From a virus (lineage: Duplodnaviria > Heunggongvirae > Uroviricota > Caudoviricetes), in the IMG/VR virus record IMGVR_UViG_3300021400_000932: DNA of 64,000 nt, one strand, 5' to 3'. Each line of letters begins with the position of its first letter. The first letter of the stretch is position 1. The translations under genes and the position numbers were made by a program. This document shows positions 1-7,024 of this stretch, piece by piece. The notes under the pieces were generated by a model. The model worked only from the letters and a program-made list of their open reading frames with translations. It was not told the DNA's origin and made no database searches.

Positions 1-174
1 AACTGTTATATGGATTAGAATAGCTGCTGACAGGGTTGCTGTCATACTCTTCTTCAGAAAGCATTTCAGCAAAAGCTGCATCTAATGCATGAATGGTTGT
101 ACCCATATCTCTATTAGAAGATTGCATATCTAAATCATTGATGTCCATTTGTAACCTCATTGTAATTTACAGAT

Positions 175-251
175 TGGCTCCGAGGGTGGGACTCGAACCC
201 ACGACCCCATGATTAACAGTCATGTGCTACTACCAACTGAGCTACCTCGGA
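175..251 (-). tRNA. tRNA-Asn (anticodon GTT)
   Basis: Reverse complement folds as a cloverleaf: acceptor TCCGAGG/CCTCGGA, T-arm GTGGGTTCGAGTCCCAC, anticodon loop CTGTTAA, 3' CCA encoded. Confidence 0.85.
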
Positions 252-506
252 ATAAAAGTTGCAGGGAATAGGCTAACATCACCCTACTATGTGGACTCTA
301 ACCCTCTTATCTCCACTTCGGACAAACACCATTCCATATGCCCTTATGTTCTGGTACTATTCCTTGTCATCGGTTTATAGTTTCCCTCCTCAACGGGCGA
401 GGTGTCCGGCGCTCTCTGCAGGTCGTTGCTCACCTTTTGGGAACTGCACTTCCCTCACTACTTCGTGCAGAAAGTAGATGGCAAAGTACACTTATTTTGT
501 GTACTG

Positions 507-582
507 TGGCGATTCCAGCGGGGTTCGAACCCGCGACCTCTAGCGTGACAGGCTAGCGTTCTAACCAACTGAACTATGGAAC
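507..582 (-). tRNA. tRNA-Asp (anticodon GTC)
   Basis: Reverse complement GGTTCCATAGTTCAGTTGGTTAGAACG...CTGTCAC...GGTTCGAACCCCGC...GCCA; anticodon loop CTGTCAC; closely resembles bacterial tRNA-Asp. Confidence 0.85.
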
Positions 583-588
583 CGTATG

Positions 589-674
589 TGGTGCCGGTGG
601 TGGGACTTGAACCCACATGCTTATTCAGCAACAGATTTTGAGTCTGCCGTGTCTGCCAATTCCACCACACCGAC
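589..674 (-). tRNA. tRNA-Leu (anticodon CAA), type II with long variable arm
   Basis: Reverse complement has acceptor GTCGGTG/CACCGGC, anticodon stem-loop GCAGA-CTCAAAA-TCTGT, long variable arm, T-arm GTGGGTTCAAGTCCCAC, CCA encoded. Confidence 0.8.
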
Positions 675-679
675 ACATA

Positions 680-1381
680 TTATGAATATCTCTTATCCTT
701 GTCTTCTGCACTCCGGAAGATGAACTTCCGGTAATCCTCATAGTCTGAGAACTGAATGTACTCACCGGTGCGAACATCAAAGCAATTTGAATTTCTGCAA
801 AATTCATAGCTGTTTGCACTGACTACGATATAAATATCGCAAGATTCCCTCTGTTTGAAATCCTCAATAATGACATCGAACAAATCAGTTTTGACACTAT
901 CAATATTATCTACAGACAATCCACTATCGAGGGCATCCAGCAGCACCCAAATCTCCTTGCGGTTATTCGCATACTTACGAACAAATGCACCGATTTTCCT
1001 TGCTGTGTTGCCGAGATTCGTTACAATCTGTTCACCCTCAGAACTCTGTATCAATGTCGCAAGAAGACTCCAATCATCATGCCATCCAGCGGAATTCTTT
1101 GCTCTGTCGCCACCCTCACGGAGATTGTCGTAATGAAGAACAGCAACATCGGAATCTTGTTTTAAGATATCCTCTATGAGATTGAGAAATGTTGTCTTTC
1201 CAGAACCATTACACCCAACCAATACTGTGATTCCGCTTTTAATTACTACATCAGATTTCATATAAATCTTTCCGGAATCACCGCATTCATAAGGATTAGT
1301 AGGTATTTTGAATTTGTGCATATGTTCGCCTCCAGTTATGATGCCTAGGGTGTCGGGTATATGTGTGGTATAACCCGACAT
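680..1381 (-). CDS. P-loop NTPase, ABC/AAA_21-like minimal ATPase (likely start at internal Met MHKFKI)
   Basis: Walker A VLVGCNGSGKTTF preceded by an SMC/RecF-like N-terminal strand; Walker B IWVLLDALDSGL; no ABC signature motif; sits between tRNA genes. Confidence 0.6.
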   Translation of the reverse strand: MSGYTTHIPDTLGIITGGEHMHKFKIPTNPYECGDSGKIYMKSDVVIKSGITVLVGCNGSGKTTFLNLIEDILKQDSDVAVLHYDNLREGGDRAKNSAGWHDDWSLLATLIQSSEGEQIVTNLGNTARKIGAFVRKYANNRKEIWVLLDALDSGLSVDNIDSVKTDLFDVIIEDFKQRESCDIYIVVSANSYEFCRNSNCFDVRTGEYIQFSDYEDYRKFIFRSAEDKDKRYS

Positions 1382-1496
1382 TCTATGAATTCAATAACCA
1401 CACCTGAGTATTCATAGATGATGGTTTCAAAAAATTAAGGAGATTCATGAAAACCATTATTGAGTGTAGTGAAAAAAGTGTAAAAACCTACACCCA

Positions 1497-1593
1497 TGGT
1501 GGCGAGGGCAGGATTCGAACCTACGTTACCTGAGCTACATATCGTACTACTGTACTAAGCAATCAGTGTCTTAGACCACTTGACCAACCCGCC
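1497..1593 (-). tRNA. tRNA-like gene (type II-like, 97 nt) with non-canonical anticodon arm; identity undetermined, possibly pseudo-tRNA
   Basis: Reverse complement GGCGGGTTGGTCAAGTGG...GTAGGTTCGAATCCTGC CCTCGCC A CCA has good acceptor, D and T arms and an encoded CCA. No 5-bp anticodon stem with a 7-nt loop and U33/R37 can be drawn in the CTGATTGCTTAGTACAG region. Confidence 0.45.
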
Positions 1594-1710
1594 ATTTATA
1601 AATCAATAGGCTGTTCCTCTAACCCCATTTAACTACAGCACTTTGGACGCCTCGAAGTGTCAAACTTCTTCCATTATGCGATTTTCGTAGCACCCATCAA
1701 TTTTAATTTG

Positions 1711-2016
1711 TTATAAGAAATTCCTGCTCATAAAAAATTTCATAAAGCGTTCTTTAACCCTTCGGAACTTGTAAGAAATTCCCTTTGTAGAAATTACTTC
1801 GATTCCCATATTCCCATCCGGAAGTTTTGTGTTTCGAAATTCAAGAGAATCAATAGCATATCCGTATTCTGGTTCATCTATTGAGGTTTCTCCGGTTATA
1901 TGGAATCTCGATGAACCATCCTCATTAACCTTCGTGAATTCCAGCTCAATGAAGTATTCCTCATAGGAGTTATAAAGCCAGATGATGTCGCCTTGTTTTA
2001 ATTCTGATACTTTCAT
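1711..2016 (-). CDS. hypothetical protein
   Basis: 101-aa ORF in co-directional minus-strand array; no recognisable motif. Confidence 0.45.
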   Translation of the reverse strand: MKVSELKQGDIIWLYNSYEEYFIELEFTKVNEDGSSRFHITGETSIDEPEYGYAIDSLEFRNTKLPDGNMGIEVISTKGISYKFRRVKERFMKFFMSRNFL

Positions 2017-2025
2017 ATTGACCCC

Positions 2026-2241
2026 TTAATTATATTCAGTATCACAAAATTTGCAGATATGTCCATGTAATGGAGCTCCACAATTCTTGCAATTTGTGGG
2101 ATGATGTGGATGTTCATTTTCTATTGTGATTGGAACATCAGCTATTTGAGAATACCCATCTGCATTCCGGAGATATAAACCATCATTGCAACAACAGTAC
2201 AGTTGCGCCGATACAAACGACCAATCATTCATAACTTCCAC
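2026..2241 (-). CDS. zinc-ribbon protein (paralog of C-terminus of 15813..16151)
   Basis: C-terminal CKNCGAPLHGHICKFCDTEYN is nearly identical to CKNCGAPLHSNRCEFCDTEYD in ORF 15813..16151. Confidence 0.6.
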   Translation of the reverse strand: MEVMNDWSFVSAQLYCCCNDGLYLRNADGYSQIADVPITIENEHPHHPTNCKNCGAPLHGHICKFCDTEYN

Positions 2242-2252
2242 CTCACATCAAA

Positions 2253-2528
2253 TCAGGACATATGGTCTTCAACAAAAGATACCAAATCTGCCACTGTTCT
2301 GCATTCGCAAAATTCTGACAAAGCGGGTTCATTAATAGAGAATTTGAACATATCCTCTATATCAATAGCCAAGTCCACAGCATCAAGGGAATCAAGACCG
2401 AGGTCCCCACGAAGTTCGGTATCTAAAATTATCTCAGATTTATCTGTGTCTGATTGCTGAGATACCATGTTTCGTACAATTTCAAATACTTCTGACATTT
2501 GAACCTCCATGGCATATAACGATTTCAT
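2253..2528 (-). CDS. acpP: acyl carrier protein homolog (probable start at internal Met MSEVFEI)
   Basis: Phosphopantetheine-attachment motif LGLDSLDAVDL (DSL serine) in a small acidic ~80-aa protein, matching the bacterial ACP LGADSLD motif. Confidence 0.7.
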   Translation of the reverse strand: MKSLYAMEVQMSEVFEIVRNMVSQQSDTDKSEIILDTELRGDLGLDSLDAVDLAIDIEDMFKFSINEPALSEFCECRTVADLVSFVEDHMS

Positions 2529-2538
2529 TATACATATT

Positions 2539-2615
2539 TGGAGCAGATAAGGGGACTCGAACCCCCACTACCAACTTGGAAGGATGGTGTGCTAACCGTT
2601 GAACACTATATCTGC
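2539..2615 (-). tRNA. tRNA-Gly (anticodon TCC)
   Basis: Reverse complement GCAGATA...CCTTCCAAG anticodon loop (as in bacterial tRNA-Gly UCC), T-loop GGTTCGAGTCC, discriminator U, CCA encoded. Confidence 0.8.
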
Positions 2616-2634
2616 ATATTTGTAACTAAAAAAC

Positions 2635-3039
2635 TTAGTAGTTAAAAATTTGTCCATCTTCCGGTAGACCGGCAAATTCTGGACCCAGTTCATATGGGAA
2701 ACCATCGACATAAATGATATCGGCATCTTCATCATATGGATAAGTCTTGTTCACAGCATCACGAATAGAAGAATTGCTCTTGGCAATTTCCCGCGACCGC
2801 TTTTCAGTTGCGAAACTACGTGCAGCATTGACTAGCGAAAACATATCCGCATTAGAATAATATTTGCATTCGCAGTCCTTTTCATGATACGGAATCTTCT
2901 TCACACCAGAAAATACTAAAGTATTGATTCCACCTAATATATTCTGAATACTTGTTTCATCTGCATCGAATGCATGAAGAATATTATCAGAAAGTGCTAC
3001 GAAGATTGTATCACGCATCAACTTCATCCCTTTCATCAT
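2635..3039 (-). CDS. hypothetical protein
   Basis: 134-aa ORF between tRNA-Gly and tRNA-Leu; no clear motif. Confidence 0.45.
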   Translation of the reverse strand: MMKGMKLMRDTIFVALSDNILHAFDADETSIQNILGGINTLVFSGVKKIPYHEKDCECKYYSNADMFSLVNAARSFATEKRSREIAKSNSSIRDAVNKTYPYDEDADIIYVDGFPYELGPEFAGLPEDGQIFNY

Positions 3040-3189
3040 ATTCCTTCCGAACTAAATCATATCTATCTGCGGCTGACAACCTGTACCAATCATCTTTAAT
3101 ATCCAGAAAAGAAAAAACGGTAAGATTGTGTTCGGACAACAAATCGCAAAATTGTTCTTTATCCATATTTAACCTCAGAAATAAAAGTG

Positions 3190-3270
3190 TGGTGCGCCTG
3201 ACAGGACTCGAACCTGCACCCTTGCGGACTAGAGCCTAAATCTAGCGTGTATGCTTTCCACCACAGGCGC
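3190..3270 (-). tRNA. tRNA-Leu (anticodon TAG), type II
   Basis: Acceptor GCGCCTG/CAGGCGC, anticodon stem-loop CTAGA-TTTAGGC-TCTAG, variable arm, T-arm GCAGGTTCGAGTCCTGT, CCA encoded; D-loop lacks the GG dinucleotide. Confidence 0.7.
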
Positions 3271-3279
3271 ACATCTTAT

Positions 3280-3477
3280 TTATCCAATATCTCTATCATA
3301 AGTAGTTTTATCACAGTTCGGACATTTCATATAAGTGAAAAATTCTACGCACGGCGGAGAAATGTGGAGCTCAGCATCACTTCTATTCGCATACCACTCA
3401 CACCCACAATGTTTGCAAGTAAAATGAAACTCACCGGTCTTAGACTTGGTTACATCCCCCGATTTGACGATATTCAT
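3280..3477 (-). CDS. small zinc-ribbon protein
   Basis: CKHCGC...C...CPNC; two CxxC pairs in 65 aa. Confidence 0.5.
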   Translation of the reverse strand: MNIVKSGDVTKSKTGEFHFTCKHCGCEWYANRSDAELHISPPCVEFFTYMKCPNCDKTTYDRDIG

Positions 3478-3980
3478 AACAACTAACCTCGCTGTTCACC
3501 TAAGCATAAAGTTGTGCCGGATATTCCCCGCTCTATTCTCCGACTCCACCCCAATACACGCATTTGCCCATATCTGTGTCTTTACTGTCGTTTTTGTCGG
3601 ACAGGGTGGTATGTTTGTCAACTCAATACTTAGGATAGTCCCAAATTGCGTAGGCTTTATTGGCTTTGCATATTGGGCAGTATTTCGTACCATTTCACAT
3701 AGCACTTATCAGAGAGATTACTGTAGTTCCTCTCCATAAGATTTCAGCGCAGCACCTGCCCCTCCAGATGCCGAGTTTTATCCGTAACAAAACCAGACCT
3801 ATGTATTGAATTGACATTCTCTATCCACCACGCCGTACGCACATCATATAGCCCTCGGCGTAGCAGTCTGTGACCCCTCAAAGAGACGTGAGGTGCTTTC
3901 TTTGGCGGATTAGCTCGCCCCCGCCGGTCAGACATCGCCCTTTCATGCTTTGCCATCCTATAGTAAACCGACTTAGGTTT

Positions 3981-4056
3981 TGGTGTGCCGAGAGGGATTC
4001 GAACCCACGACCTGCGGATTAAAAGTCCGCTACTCTTCCGGCTGAGTTATCGGCAC
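3981..4056 (-). tRNA. tRNA-Lys (anticodon TTT)
   Basis: Acceptor GTGCCGA/TCGGCAC, anticodon stem-loop GCGGA-CTTTTAA-TCCGC, T-loop GGTTCGAATCC, CCA encoded. Confidence 0.85.
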
Positions 4057-4313
4057 ATAGATGTGAGGTTGGTAGTCATCCTTTTACTGCTGAGGGGGAC
4101 CCCACAACTCCCGTTTTCGAATGGGTCCGCACGGAGATTCCAAAAGGTGCGGATTTCGAAGTAGCTACTCTCCAGCTACAAGAAGAACGGTTTTACCAAA
4201 GGACTCACAACGCGATGTGAAAATCCTACCGACCGATAAGGGGATGATTTCTCGTTTACCATCCTAACGCCATCTTTTCGGCGACTAACCCAGGGCAGGT
4301 ATATGTTTCCCTT

Positions 4314-4400
4314 TGGTGCAAGTGAAGGGAATTGAACCCTTAATCCCAACAGGGCATGGGATTTTAAGTCCCACTTGTATGCCAGTTCCAACACACTTGC
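4314..4400 (-). tRNA. tRNA-Leu (anticodon TAA), type II
   Basis: Acceptor GCAAGTG/CACTTGC, anticodon TGGGA-CTTAAAA-TCCCA, variable arm CCC-TGTT-GGG, T-arm AAGGGTTCAATTCCCTT, CCA encoded. Confidence 0.85.
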
Positions 4401-4414
4401 ATATAATACTCGGG

Positions 4415-4717
4415 TTATCCGAACTGCATTACATCGGTAACCCAAGATGTTGGTATGTTCTTAGAATATCCGAAAGCCTTACATTGAAAGAATTCGTAAC
4501 TATGGTCGAAAGTTTCTTTCACAAACTTCAGTTCGGTTTCCGGAATATCTATTTCGAAGACAACTATATCTTCATGGAAAGTCCTCACTCTAGCGAATTT
4601 AAGCGCATTGTCCATCGAATCCGCAAGATATACTATGCCATCACAACCGGTTCGGATTACTTCATCCTGAACTATCGAAATGGCATTAGTACATCCCGTA
4701 GCATGATAATATTTCAT
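4415..4717 (-). CDS. hypothetical protein
   Basis: 100-aa ORF with AGGTGA ribosome-binding site and AATCGTTAT motif upstream; no confident domain. Confidence 0.5.
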   Translation of the reverse strand: MKYYHATGCTNAISIVQDEVIRTGCDGIVYLADSMDNALKFARVRTFHEDIVVFEIDIPETELKFVKETFDHSYEFFQCKAFGYSKNIPTSWVTDVMQFG

Positions 4718-4793
4718 ATCATATCACCTACTATATAACATAACGATTGTAAAATCAATATTTTTGATGAATTTTTATTTCGATGTGTAGCGA

Positions 4794-5252
4794 TTAAGAT
4801 TTGGCTTTTGAATCATGAGAGAACTGGACAGCCACATTGTCGGGATTATAAACCCAAACTTTGTGGACATGTAATTCAGATTCAACATCAATCACAGCAT
4901 TTCTTACACCGTAACCAAGAGACTTGGAAGAAATTTTATTCTTGAACCACTCAATGATGCGGTCAGCCTCAACTTCGTCCATATCCCTCAGACTTCCGAA
5001 AATACTGACGGTGTAGGAATCAACGCTATTCTTTACCGGATTCACCCAAACACTCATTGTAAGACTTCCCTCGGAACCCATAGGGAGATAGTTTTCTGGA
5101 TGGTTATATGCATCCTCGAAATCCCCATGTTCCCAAGAGCATTCCTTACCGAAACTCTTCTCAAACATTTCTTTTGCTTCTTCGACAGAAACCTGATTGC
5201 GCCGAATATCATCAATACGGGCAATCGCTGCAACTTGTAACCACTGACTCAT
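4794..5252 (-). CDS. hypothetical protein
   Basis: 152-aa ORF in minus-strand array. Confidence 0.5.
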   Translation of the reverse strand: MSQWLQVAAIARIDDIRRNQVSVEEAKEMFEKSFGKECSWEHGDFEDAYNHPENYLPMGSEGSLTMSVWVNPVKNSVDSYTVSIFGSLRDMDEVEADRIIEWFKNKISSKSLGYGVRNAVIDVESELHVHKVWVYNPDNVAVQFSHDSKAKS

Positions 5253-5269
5253 AATATAACCTCCTTGTA

Positions 5270-5665
5270 TTACTCTTGATTGAAAAACGTATCTAACTTG
5301 TCTGCTATCGTCGGCCAGAAGCCTTTGATGTACTGCTTATACCCATCCGAAGTTTCCTTGAACTCGCCTTTACGTATCTTATCAAAATCAGACTTCCACA
5401 TCTCCGGAACATTGAAAAGATATATGCCATATGTGTTATCATCTTCGTAATCATAGGTACTAACGAAATTCGGGTCTTCGTAAAGGACTTCCTCACCGAA
5501 TCCACAATTTCGGTTATTACCGCCGACACGTGTAAAGATAGCGATTTTATCATCCTCAACAAAACAATCGCGGAATCTCGGATATTCTGATTCTCTACGA
5601 CCAAGCAAAGGCATGATAAGTATGCAAGCAGGATTAAACCCATTAACCATATTGTACAGACTCAT
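5270..5665 (-). CDS. hypothetical protein
   Basis: 131-aa ORF; AATCGTTAT motif and GGAAAGGTGG ribosome-binding site upstream. Confidence 0.5.
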   Translation of the reverse strand: MSLYNMVNGFNPACILIMPLLGRRESEYPRFRDCFVEDDKIAIFTRVGGNNRNCGFGEEVLYEDPNFVSTYDYEDDNTYGIYLFNVPEMWKSDFDKIRKGEFKETSDGYKQYIKGFWPTIADKLDTFFNQE

Positions 5666-5780
5666 AGATTGACCACCTTTCCTATCTTTCTAATACACAT
5701 AACGATTCCATCATTAAAAATGTCAACAAAAATAGAACCCCACCGCAAGCGATGAGGTTCTATTGAAATTTTTGTGCAAA

Positions 5781-6407
5781 TTATGCAGAAATTTCGTCTG
5801 CGGTAAGCGGAATTACGCGCGAAATGACGAATGGCACAGAAACTGTCAGGATGGCCCCTCCGGCCTGGTCCCCTGGACCTCTGTTCAAAGCACCAATCCA
5901 AGTACCAGGACAACGGAGACCATGACGCAGATTACCTTGTCCATCATAGCGAAGGAAGTAAACCTGCTTCATATACTCTGTAGGTAATCCCATTCTTTCG
6001 GTTGCAGGGTCATACACCTGACGTCTCCACTCTTCGAGAGCTCCGAGAACATTAGGCTCACAGAAGCAGTTAAGAGTCCAAGTGACATCATCGAAGTTGA
6101 CCTTAGACGGGAATTTGATTAGACCATTACCGTAGTGTACTGTGATGATATCTTCACTCTCTGAGATATCACCGATTTCTGCGGTAGACAGGGTTAATAG
6201 GTCGGAATTTTCTGTCGGGCTGGAACCATCCATGTTGTAGATTCTTACCTCAAAGTTGTTAGTGGTCAGAGGTACATAGTTATCTACACCCAACATATGG
6301 TTTGTACGTTTGTGTTTAGCGGAATTTCGCAAGGATTCCGTTGTTGTAGCTCTCCGGAAACTACCTTTTACCTTTCGATAAAAGACCAGACTATTTGTTA
6401 ATCTCAT
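5781..6407 (-). CDS. hypothetical protein (first gene of a long minus-strand operon)
   Basis: 208-aa ORF starting at the divergent intergenic region 6408-6840. Confidence 0.5.
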   Translation of the reverse strand: MRLTNSLVFYRKVKGSFRRATTTESLRNSAKHKRTNHMLGVDNYVPLTTNNFEVRIYNMDGSSPTENSDLLTLSTAEIGDISESEDIITVHYGNGLIKFPSKVNFDDVTWTLNCFCEPNVLGALEEWRRQVYDPATERMGLPTEYMKQVYFLRYDGQGNLRHGLRCPGTWIGALNRGPGDQAGGAILTVSVPFVISRVIPLTADEISA

Positions 6408-6757
6408 TATATTTTGAGATTGTGGATTTTTCGCTCACCCATTGGCTTGGCAGCTAACTCCCCCTCAAGGGGATAGTCGTTGAACGTATTTCATATTGGA
6501 TATATTACCCAACTTAGAAATTTCGCTGCTAAACGTCCCATTGTTACATCTCTTACTTTTTAATCTATCACGATTACTATTTCTAGTTTCGTTGTAGCAA
6601 AGAGCTCTTAGGAACTTCAAAGCAATTAACACACAGCACATATGTATCACTACATATGTGGGGCATCATCCACCCATGTACAGCGGAGAAAACATATATT
6701 TTATCTCACCTTTCTATAATATTTTTGAGTTTTTGATTGACTCATTGATATTATAGG

Positions 6758-6786
6758 TTGCACTTTTTATGTTTTTATGATATAAT
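6758..6786 (+). promoter_or_regulatory. sigma-A/sigma-70-like promoter (TTGCAC-17nt-TATAAT)
   Basis: TTGCAC at 6758-6763, exactly 17 nt of spacer, TATAAT at 6781-6786; ~50 nt upstream of ATG 6841 with an A/G-rich ribosome-binding site. Confidence 0.55.
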
Positions 6787-7024
6787 TAGTACATAGGCAC
6801 AAATCACTTGAAAGGATTGGTAAGCTACGGAAAAAAGAAAATGTAAATTCTGCGGAAAAGAATTCTTACCCAAGTCTAATTTCCAGAAATACTGCAAAGG
6901 TCCGCATATCCGGATTTGTCCTGTTTGCGGAAAAGAGTACGAGGAAACCAATTCGGATAATCTGAAACGACCACCGCATGCTTGTTCCTATGCTTGCAGA
7001 GCAAAGAAAACCAGACAAACGAGT

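Noticed and set aside
3744-3956. 70-aa Arg-rich ORF (MAKHERAMSDRRGRANPPKK...) on the minus strand
   Set aside because: It lies in the GC-rich non-coding block next to tRNA-Lys, its composition is typical of translating structured RNA, and it has no ribosome-binding site; treated as spurious.
4176-4445. 89-aa minus-strand ORF
   Set aside because: It overlaps tRNA-Leu(TAA) (4314-4400) and the structured spacer, so it cannot be a real CDS.
5305-5913. Overlapping alternative minus-strand ORFs 5305..5643 and 5662..5913
   Set aside because: They overlap better-supported ORFs (5270..5665, 5781..6407) in other frames and have poor start contexts; the longer non-overlapping tiling was chosen.
6460-6473. 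CCCC-TCAA-GGGG mini-hairpin
   Set aside because: Only a 4-5 bp stem with no adjacent T-run; too weak to call a terminator.
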